Shown in pieces: positions 20,467 through 32,000 of a stretch of DNA of 32,000 nt. The DNA lies in contig JAYZUZ010000019.1 in NCBI GenBank assembly GCA_036156195.1, positions 82,680 to 114,679 of the forward strand. Reading direction: 5' to 3'. The position numbers and the translations under genes are program-made. The notes below the pieces were generated by a model. It was not told the origin of the DNA. It worked only from the letters and a program-made list of their open reading frames with translations, and did not search any database. Numbering within the stretch: position 1 is the stretch's first letter; each line of letters opens with the position of its first letter. The DNA comes from Pseudomonadota bacterium. Lineage in GTDB: Bacteria > Pseudomonadota > Gammaproteobacteria > Nevskiales > OUC007.

Positions 20467-22563
20467 TTACGAAGCCTTCTTCAGACCTTCGGTCACATTC
20501 GAAGGTGCTTCTGAGTACTTCTTAAACTGCATGGTGTAAGTCGCCCGACCCTGACTCATGGAGCGGAGATCGGTCGCATATCCGAACATCTCGGATAACG
20601 GCACTTCTGCCGATACGGTTTTACCGGATGGCGTTTCTTCCATCCCTTGCACGAGCCCGCGACGACGATTCAGATCACCCATCACGTCACCCATGTATTC
20701 CTCGGGCGTCACCACGCTGACCGCCATGATCGGCTCAAGCAAGACCGGATCGGCCTTGGCAACACCGTCACGGAGGGCCATGGAGGCGGCAATCTTAAAC
20801 GCCGTTTCGCTGGAGTCAACCTCGTGATACGAACCATCAAATAAGGTGGCCTTCACGTCGACGACGGGATAACCGAGAACCACGCCGTTTTGCAGCGCTT
20901 CTTCGACACCCTTGCCGACCGCAGGAATGTACTCCCGCGGCACCACACCACCGACGATTTCGTTCACAAACTCGAAACCTGCACCCGCCTCACGCGGCTC
21001 AATCCGGATCCAGACGTGACCATACTGACCGCGCCCACCGGATTGCCTGACAAACTTACCTTCCTGCTCAACCATCTTGCGGATGGTCTCGCGGTAGGCC
21101 ACCTGCGGGCGACCCACATTGGACTCAACATTGAACTCGCGACGCATCCGATCCACGATGATCTCCAGGTGGAGTTCACCCATTCCGGAAATAATCGTCT
21201 GACCCGACTCCTCATCCGTATGCACTCGGAATGAAGGGTCTTCCTGCGCCAGCTTGCCCAGGGCAACGCCCATCTTCTCCTGGTCGGCCTTGGTCTTCGG
21301 CTCGACGGCAATCGAAATCACCGGGTCCGGAAAATCCATCCGCTCCAGAATCACCGGCTGATCCATGCTGCAAAGCGTGGTTCCGGTGGTCACATTCTTC
21401 AGCCCCACGATGGCGCAAATGTCGCCAGCACGGACTTCCTTCAATTCTTCTCGCGAATTGGAATGCATCTGCAGCAATCGGCCGATGCGCTCTTTCTTCC
21501 GCTCGATCGGGTTGTACACGGTATCGCCCGACGACAGCACACCCGAGTACACACGAACAAATGTCAGCGTTCCCACATAGGGGTCGGTCGCGATTTTGAA
21601 CGCCAAACCTGCAAACGGCGCCTCGTCAGTCGAATCGCGCACGACCGTCTTGGATTCATCATCCGGGTCAACGCCCTTGATCGCCGGCACTTCAACCGGC
21701 GACGGCATGAACTCGACCACTGCATCCAGCAGCGCCTGCACGCCCTTGTTCTTGAACGCCGTACCGCACAGCGTCAACACAATCTCCGTCGCGATCACCC
21801 GCGCACGCAGACCGCGCTTGATTTCCTCTACGGACAGGTCACCCGTTTCCAGGTACTTGTCCATGAGCGCCTCATCCGCCTCGGCAGCCGCCTCGAGCAA
21901 GGCCTCTCGGCCCGCCTGCGCGCGACTCTGCAAGCCTTCCGGAATCGGCCGTTCCTCGAACGTCATACCGAGGTCTTCCTGATTCCAGTAGATCGCCTGC
22001 ATACGCAGCAGATCAACAACGCCCTCAAAATGGTCTTCAGCGCCAATCGGCAACTGAATCGGCACCGCCACCGCGCCAAGACGCTCCTTGAGCATCGTCA
22101 GGCAGCGGTCATAGTCGGCGCCGATCTTGTCCATCTTGTTGACAAACACAAGCCGCGGGACACGGTACTTGTTTGCCTGCCGCCAGACCGTCTCAGTCTG
22201 CGGCTCCACACCGGCGTTGGCGTCGAGCACGCAGACCGCGCTATCCAGCACACGCAGCGAACGTTCGACCTCAATCGTGAAATCGACGTGCCCTGGGGTG
22301 TCGATAATGTTGAGACGATGCTCCTCGAACTGCTTCTCCATGCCCTGCCAGAAGCAGGTCGTTGCAGCAGAGGTAATCGTGATCCCGCGCTCTTGCTCCT
22401 GCTCCATCCAGTCCATCGTGGCTGCGCCATCGTGGACCTCCCCCATCTTATGAGACACACCCGTATAGAAAAGGATGCGCTCAGTGGTCGTCGTCTTGCC
22501 GGCATCAATATGCGCCATGATGCCGAAGTTGCGGTAACGACCGATGGGGTGCTTTCTAGCCAT
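20467..22563 (-). CDS. fusA: Elongation factor G
   Basis: 698 aa; [35 protein letters not shown]. Confidence 0.99.
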   Translation of the reverse strand: MARKHPIGRYRNFGIMAHIDAGKTTTTERILFYTGVSHKMGEVHDGAATMDWMEQEQERGITITSAATTCFWQGMEKQFEEHRLNIIDTPGHVDFTIEVERSLRVLDSAVCVLDANAGVEPQTETVWRQANKYRVPRLVFVNKMDKIGADYDRCLTMLKERLGAVAVPIQLPIGAEDHFEGVVDLLRMQAIYWNQEDLGMTFEERPIPEGLQSRAQAGREALLEAAAEADEALMDKYLETGDLSVEEIKRGLRARVIATEIVLTLCGTAFKNKGVQALLDAVVEFMPSPVEVPAIKGVDPDDESKTVVRDSTDEAPFAGLAFKIATDPYVGTLTFVRVYSGVLSSGDTVYNPIERKKERIGRLLQMHSNSREELKEVRAGDICAIVGLKNVTTGTTLCSMDQPVILERMDFPDPVISIAVEPKTKADQEKMGVALGKLAQEDPSFRVHTDEESGQTIISGMGELHLEIIVDRMRREFNVESNVGRPQVAYRETIRKMVEQEGKFVRQSGGRGQYGHVWIRIEPREAGAGFEFVNEIVGGVVPREYIPAVGKGVEEALQNGVVLGYPVVDVKATLFDGSYHEVDSSETAFKIAASMALRDGVAKADPVLLEPIMAVSVVTPEEYMGDVMGDLNRRRGLVQGMEETPSGKTVSAEVPLSEMFGYATDLRSMSQGRATYTMQFKKYSEAPSNVTEGLKKAS

Positions 22564-22586
22564 GGGGGCGGTTCGCGCTTAACCGG

Positions 22587-23048
22587 CTACCAGCGGAAGT
22601 GCGAGAATGCGCGGTTGGCTTCAGCCATGCGATGCGTATCTTCACGCTTTTTCACGGCAGCACCACGGCTCTCGGACGCATCCGACAGCTCACCCGCCAA
22701 ACGAGATGCCATATCTTTCTCACCGCGGCGACGCGCAGCATCGATCAGCCAGCGCATAGCCAACGTGTTGCGACGGATCGCGCGCACTTCGACCGGCACC
22801 TGGTACGTGGCACCACCGACACGGCGAGACTTCACCTCAACCAGTGGACGCACATTCTCAAGCGCCTGCTCGAGAACGCCCATGGGTTCTGCAGCATTGA
22901 GCTGATCCAGGGCACCGTAAACAATGCTTTCCGCCGTCGACTTTTTGCCATCAACCATGATCATGTTGATGAACTTGGACAGCAGCTCACTCTTGTACTT
23001 GGGATCCGGAAGGATGACCCGTTTTTCGGGGGTACGACGACGTGACAT
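22587..23048 (-). CDS. rpsG: 30S ribosomal protein S7
   Basis: 153 aa; [47 protein letters not shown]. Confidence 0.99.
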   Translation of the reverse strand: MSRRRTPEKRVILPDPKYKSELLSKFINMIMVDGKKSTAESIVYGALDQLNAAEPMGVLEQALENVRPLVEVKSRRVGGATYQVPVEVRAIRRNTLAMRWLIDAARRRGEKDMASRLAGELSDASESRGAAVKKREDTHRMAEANRAFSHFRW

Positions 23049-23060
23049 GCGCCTGACTCC

Positions 23061-23435
23061 TTAGTTCTTCGGACGCTTGGCGCCGTACTTGGAACGACCC
23101 TGACGACGCGCCTCGACACCACTGGTGTCCAGCGCTCCGCGCACGGTGTGGTAGCGAACACCCGGCAAGTCCTTTACACGACCGCCGCGAATCAGCACGA
23201 CCGAGTGCTCCTGCAGGTTATGACCCTCACCACCGATGTAGCTGGTCACTTCGAACCCGTTGGTCAATCGAACACGCGCGACCTTACGCAGCGCCGAGTT
23301 CGGCTTCTTTGGGGTTGTGGTGTAGACGCGCGTGCAGACGCCACGTTTCTGCGGGCTGGCCTGCAAGGCCGGAACCGCGTTCTTAACGGGCTTCTCTTTC
23401 CGCCCTTTGCGCACTAGCTGATTAATCGTTGGCAC
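23061..23435 (-). CDS. rpsL: 30S ribosomal protein S12, GTG start
   Basis: (V/M)[54 protein letters not shown]; GTG is rc of cac at 23433-23435; the upstream part of the track ORF (to 23603) is non-coding and contains a terminator. Confidence 0.97.
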   Translation of the reverse strand: MPTINQLVRKGRKEKPVKNAVPALQASPQKRGVCTRVYTTTPKKPNSALRKVARVRLTNGFEVTSYIGGEGHNLQEHSVVLIRGGRVKDLPGVRYHTVRGALDTSGVEARRQGRSKYGAKRPKN

Positions 23436-23449
23436 AGTCTGGATGTCCG

Positions 23450-23492
23450 AAAAAAGGCCAAAAAATTGACGGAACGGAGTCTCCGTCCCGTC
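23450..23492 (-). terminator. Intrinsic terminator downstream of rpoC
   Basis: Minus-strand RNA GACGGGACGGA-GAC-UCCGUUCCGUC (stem rc of 23468-23492) followed by AAUUUUUUGGCCUUUUUU. Confidence 0.88.
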
Positions 23493-23602
23493 TTCGAGAG
23501 GGCGCGAATCGTACAGAGACACCCATGGAGTGTCAAGACGAAAACGCCCGTTTTGCTTGGGCTGCCGACGGACGCAGAACGCGTCGCCGGCAGCCCGGCC
23601 CA

Positions 23603-27829
<4,227 letters not shown>

Positions 27830-27920
27830 AACAGCTCCACAACTGTGGTTAGCAATCGCTCTGGATCGAACTCAGAAGATTCTGAGTGACGACCCGGCTG
27901 ACCATCTTGGATACCGGGTG

Positions 27921-27954
27921 CGCCGGGCCCGCGGTGTAAACCGCGAGCCCGGCG
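27921..27954 (-). other. Interrupted hairpin in the rpoB-rpoC intercistronic region
   Basis: cgccgggc-cc-gcggt-gtaa-accgc-ga-gcccggcg: 8-bp and 5-bp stem segments with a symmetric 2x2 internal loop; no T-tract on the minus strand. Confidence 0.6.
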
Positions 27955-27959
27955 GACCG

Positions 27960-30900
27960 TCAGTTGTCCTCTTCCAGCTCGATGTTGAGGCCCAGCGACC
28001 GAATTTCCTTGACCAGCACGTTGAAGGACTCGGGCATGCCCGCCTCCATCCGGTGGTCGCCGTCCACGATGTTCTTGTACATGCGTGTACGACCGGTGGT
28101 GTCATCGGACTTCACCGTCAGCATTTCCTGCAAGGTGTAGGCGGCGCCATAGGCCTCTAGCGCCCAGACCTCCATCTCACCGAAGCGCTGACCACCAAAC
28201 TGCGCCTTACCACCCAGCGGCTGCTGCGTGACCAGCGAGTACGGACCGGTGGACCGGGCATGCATCTTGTCATCCACCAAGTGGTTGAGCTTGAGCATGT
28301 ACATGTAGCCCACCGTCACCGGTCGGGCGAAGGCATCGCCCGTCCGCCCGTCGATCAGCTTGCACTGCCCTGTCTCCGGCAGATCGGCAAGCTTGAGCAG
28401 ACCCTTGATCTCATCTTCGGCGGCACCGTCAAACACCGGCGTAGCCGTGGGCACACCCTTGGAGAGGTTCTTGGCCATCTGCAGGACTTCTTCGTCCGTG
28501 AACTCGTCCATGTCCACGACCTGAGCGCCCTTGCTGGCATACACCTCGGCCAGGAACTTGCGGAGTTCCTGCGTGGCGTTGGCAGCTTCAAGCATGCGGC
28601 CGATCTTCAGACCAACGCCCTTGGCTGCCCAGCCCAGATGGGTCTCGAGAATCTGACCAATGTTCATGCGCGACGGCACGCCCAGCGGGTTCAGCACGAT
28701 ATCAACCGGTGTGCCGTCTTCACCAAACGGCATGTCCTCAACAGGCACGATCTGCGAGATCACACCCTTGTTACCGTGACGACCCGCCATCTTGTCGCCC
28801 GGTTGGATGCGACGCTTCACCGCCAGGTAGACCTTCACCATCTTGAGCACGCCAGGGGCGAGTTCGTCACCGGCTGTGATCTTGGTCTTCTTGGACTCGA
28901 AACGCTTGTCGAATTCAACGCGCTGCTCTTCCACCTGCTTGGCGGCAGACTCGAGCTGAGCCTGGGCGTCCTCATCAGCCAGACGGATGTCGAACCACTT
29001 TTCGCGTTCCAGGCCATCGAGGTACTCCTCGGTGATCTCGGAGCCCTTCTTCAGCTTGGACGGTCCGCCATCGGCTTTCGCACCCACCAGCGCGGTCCGG
29101 ATACGTGCATAGATATCGTCCTCGAAGATGCGGAGCTGGTCATTCAAGTCCTTGCGAACCTGGGCCAGCTCTTCCGCTTCGATGGACAGTGCACGTGAAT
29201 CCTTATCGACACCCTCGCGTGTGAACACGCGCACGTCGATGACCGTGCCGTCCACGCTGGGCGGCACGCGCAGGGACGTATCTTTCACGTCCGAAGCTTT
29301 CTCGCCAAAGATGGCACGCAGCAGCTTTTCTTCCGGTGTCAGCTGGGTCTCGCCCTTGGGCGTTACCTTCCCAACCAGAATGTCGCCACCCTTCACCTCG
29401 GCGCCGATGTGCACCACGCCAGCCTGATCCAGCTTACGCAGTGCAGCCTCGTTGACGTTGGGGATGTCCTCGGTGATCTCCTCGGGCCCCAACTTCGTTT
29501 CACGCGCGACGCAGGTCAGCTCCTCAATGTGAATCGAGGTGAAGCGATCCTCTTCAACCAGCCGCTCGGATACGAGGATGGAATCCTCAAAGTTGTAGCC
29601 GTTCCACGGCATGAACGCGACCTGCAGGTTCTGGCCCAGCGCCAGCTCACCCAGATCGGTTGACGGGCCGTCGGCCACAACATCGCCACGCTCCAGCTTG
29701 TCACCAGGCTTCACCAGCGGACGCTGGTTGATGCAGGTGTTCTGGTTGGAACGCTGGTACTTGATCATGTTGTAGATGTCGACGCCTGGCTCGCCCGGGA
29801 TCGTCTCGTCATCGTTCACACGAATCACGATCCGCGAGGCGTCGACCTTGTCGACCACGCCGCCACGACGCGCAGTAATGGCCACGCCGGAGTCAACCGC
29901 CACACGGCGCTCGATACCGGTACCGACCAATGGCTTCTCCGCACGCAGACAAGGCACGGCCTGGCGCTGCATGTTCGAACCCATGAGCGCACGGTTGGCG
30001 TCATCGTGCTCAAGGAACGGAATCAATGCCGCAGCCACCGACACGATCTGACGCGGGGAGACGTCCAGATACTGGACCTTCTCCGGTGCCATGAGCGTGA
30101 ACTCGTTCTGGAATCGGCAGGACACCAGATCAGCGACAAAGGTCTTGTCCTCGCTCAGGATCGAGTTGGCCTGTGCGATGACATAGCGACCCTCTTCAAT
30201 GGCAGAGAGATACTCGATCTCATCCGTCACCACGCCGTCGACGACCTTGCGGTAAGGCGTTTCGAGGAAGCCGTACTCGTTGGTCCGCGCATACACGGCC
30301 AAGGAGTTGATCAGACCGATGTTCGGTCCTTCCGGCGTTTCGATCGGGCAGATACGACCGTAGTGGGTCGGGTGCACGTCGCGGACTTCGAACCCTGCAC
30401 GCTCACGCGTCAGACCACCCGGGCCGAGTGCCGACACGCGACGCTTATGCGTCACTTCCGACAACGGGTTGTTCTGGTCCATGAACTGCGACAGCTGAGA
30501 GGAGCCAAAGAACTCCTTGATCGCAGCGGCCACAGGCTTGGCGTTGATCAGCTCCTGCGGCATCAAACCTTCGGATTCCGCCAATGCCAGACGTTCGCGG
30601 ACCGCACGCTCCACGCGTACCAAGCCCGTACGGAACGCGTTTTCGGCCATCTCACCCACAGAGCGAATGCGACGGTTACCCAGATGATCGATGTCATCCG
30701 TCTGACCCTTGCCGTTACGGATCGCGATGATCTCTTTGGCAACGTCGATCACGTCGGAGGTGTTGCCCAACTGCTCGGCCAGATCCTTGGAGAACTGATC
30801 CTTTTTGCCTTCGAAGTACTGGGTGTCGTACAGCACGGGCGAACCCGTCACCTCGTCACGACCCAGTCGGCGGTTGAACTTCATCCGGCCAACGGCGGAG

Positions 30901-32000
30901 ATGTCATAACGCTCAGGGTTAAAGAACAGGTTGTCGAACAGGCTTTCGGCCGCGTCCTTGGTCGGCGGTTCGCCCGGACGCATCATCCGGTAGATTTCGA
31001 CCAACGCCTCTAGCTGCGTGGAAGACGGGTCCACACGCAACGTGGTGGAGATGTACGGGCCGTTATCGATTTCGTTGGTATACAGAACCGGCAAATCGGT
31101 CACGCCGGCGGCACGCAGCGACTCCAGGGTCTCCGGGATGATTTCCGCGTTCGCCTCGACCAACACCTCACCCGTCTCCGGGTCAATGATGTGGCGGGCT
31201 ACCGTCCGGCCAATCAAGTACTCCTCAGGCACTTCCAGGCGATCAACGCCGGCATCCTTGAGCAGCTTGATGTGACGCGCGGTGATGCGACGACCTTCTT
31301 CGACAATCACTTCCTTTCCGGACTTGATGTCGAACGCAGCGGTTTCGCCACGCAAACGTTCGGGCACCAGCTCCAGTTCCGCCCCATCTTTGGACAGGTG
31401 GAACATCGCCGTTTCGTGGAAGATCTCCAGCATCTGCTGGTTGTCGTAACCCAAGGCGCGGAACAGGATCGTCGCGGGCAACTTGCGGCGACGATCGATG
31501 CGCACGTACAGGTTGTCCTTCGGGTCAAACTCGAAGTCCAGCCAGGAACCACGGTATGGAATCACCCGTGCGGAGTAGAGCAACTTGCCCGAACTATGAG
31601 ACTTGCCCTTGTCGTGATCGAAGAACACGCCCGGCGAACGGTGCAGCTGCGAAACGATCACGCGCTCCGTGCCATTGATGATGAACGTGCCGTGGTCAGT
31701 CATGAGCGGCAGTTCGCCCATGTAGACCTCTTGCTCACGCACATCCTTGACGGTTTTTGTCTTGGAGTCCTTGTCGTAGATGACCAGGCGCACCACCACG
31801 CGCAACGGCGCGGAGTAGGTCATGCCGCGAATACGGCATTCCTGCTCATCAAACACCGGATTACCGAGCCGATAGCTCACGTACTCGAGTGCAGCACTGC
31901 CCGAATAGCTCGTCATCGGGAAGATGGAATTAAAGGCTGCGTGCAGCCCGGTGGCCTGCCGCTGCTCCGGCGGCAGATCAACCTGCAGGAACTGACGATA
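27960..32000 (-). CDS. rpoB: DNA-directed RNA polymerase subunit beta, partial (5' end off the window)
   Basis: Reading frame continues upstream of the track ORF (31916) to the edge: [46 protein letters not shown]; also [37 protein letters not shown]. Confidence 0.99.
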   Translation of the reverse strand, partial: YRQFLQVDLPPEQRQATGLHAAFNSIFPMTSYSGSAALEYVSYRLGNPVFDEQECRIRGMTYSAPLRVVVRLVIYDKDSKTKTVKDVREQEVYMGELPLMTDHGTFIINGTERVIVSQLHRSPGVFFDHDKGKSHSSGKLLYSARVIPYRGSWLDFEFDPKDNLYVRIDRRRKLPATILFRALGYDNQQMLEIFHETAMFHLSKDGAELELVPERLRGETAAFDIKSGKEVIVEEGRRITARHIKLLKDAGVDRLEVPEEYLIGRTVARHIIDPETGEVLVEANAEIIPETLESLRAAGVTDLPVLYTNEIDNGPYISTTLRVDPSSTQLEALVEIYRMMRPGEPPTKDAAESLFDNLFFNPERYDISAVGRMKFNRRLGRDEVTGSPVLYDTQYFEGKKDQFSKDLAEQLGNTSDVIDVAKEIIAIRNGKGQTDDIDHLGNRRIRSVGEMAENAFRTGLVRVERAVRERLALAESEGLMPQELINAKPVAAAIKEFFGSSQLSQFMDQNNPLSEVTHKRRVSALGPGGLTRERAGFEVRDVHPTHYGRICPIETPEGPNIGLINSLAVYARTNEYGFLETPYRKVVDGVVTDEIEYLSAIEEGRYVIAQANSILSEDKTFVADLVSCRFQNEFTLMAPEKVQYLDVSPRQIVSVAAALIPFLEHDDANRALMGSNMQRQAVPCLRAEKPLVGTGIERRVAVDSGVAITARRGGVVDKVDASRIVIRVNDDETIPGEPGVDIYNMIKYQRSNQNTCINQRPLVKPGDKLERGDVVADGPSTDLGELALGQNLQVAFMPWNGYNFEDSILVSERLVEEDRFTSIHIEELTCVARETKLGPEEITEDIPNVNEAALRKLDQAGVVHIGAEVKGGDILVGKVTPKGETQLTPEEKLLRAIFGEKASDVKDTSLRVPPSVDGTVIDVRVFTREGVDKDSRALSIEAEELAQVRKDLNDQLRIFEDDIYARIRTALVGAKADGGPSKLKKGSEITEEYLDGLEREKWFDIRLADEDAQAQLESAAKQVEEQRVEFDKRFESKKTKITAGDELAPGVLKMVKVYLAVKRRIQPGDKMAGRHGNKGVISQIVPVEDMPFGEDGTPVDIVLNPLGVPSRMNIGQILETHLGWAAKGVGLKIGRMLEAANATQELRKFLAEVYASKGAQVVDMDEFTDEEVLQMAKNLSKGVPTATPVFDGAAEDEIKGLLKLADLPETGQCKLIDGRTGDAFARPVTVGYMYMLKLNHLVDDKMHARSTGPYSLVTQQPLGGKAQFGGQRFGEMEVWALEAYGAAYTLQEMLTVKSDDTTGRTRMYKNIVDGDHRMEAGMPESFNVLVKEIRSLGLNIELEEDN

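Noticed and set aside
19464-20525. 353 aa plus-strand ORF opposite tuf
   Set aside because: Its sequence is the reverse-frame shadow of EF-Tu codons; no independent coding evidence.
21463-22905. 480 aa plus-strand ORF opposite fusA/rpsG
   Set aside because: Long antisense ORF caused by biased codon usage of fusA; low-complexity, His/Arg-rich and without motifs.
30300-30560. Possible rifampicin- or streptomycin-resistance alleles in rpoB / rpsL
   Set aside because: RpoB reads [30 protein letters not shown] and RpsL reads [14 protein letters not shown] and [13 protein letters not shown], which are normal sensitive-type sequences.
30006-31013. 335 aa plus-strand ORF opposite rpoB
   Set aside because: Antisense of conserved rpoB sequence; no supporting homology.

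Overview
Almost the whole window is the core ribosomal protein / RNA polymerase gene array of a GC-rich bacterium, probably a gammaproteobacterium, encoded entirely on the minus strand. In transcription order it reads rpoB (5' end cut by the window edge), rpoC, rpsL, rpsG, fusA, tuf, rpsJ, rplC, rplD, rplW, rplB, rpsS, rplV, rpsC, rplP, rpmC, rpsQ, rplN, rplX, rplE, rpsN, rpsH, rplF, rplR, rpsE, rpmD, rplO, secY, rpmJ, rpsM, rpsK, rpsD, rpoA, rplQ. Past a hairpin with a UUCG loop downstream of rplQ, the last ~5.3 kb is a tightly coupled surface-polysaccharide / sialic-acid-like cluster, also on the minus strand. It contains a TviB-type UDP-HexNAc 6-dehydrogenase, a DUF354-type protein, a divergent GT-B-like putative glycosyltransferase, and a multidomain NeuB-family synthase running off the left edge. 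I see no CRISPR array, tRNA, rRNA, transposase or obvious defence system. The least ordinary items are the cluster at 1-5303, a 305 bp structured non-coding gap between rpsJ and rplC, hairpins at gene boundaries, and several non-ATG starts. I found no convincing completely new system.
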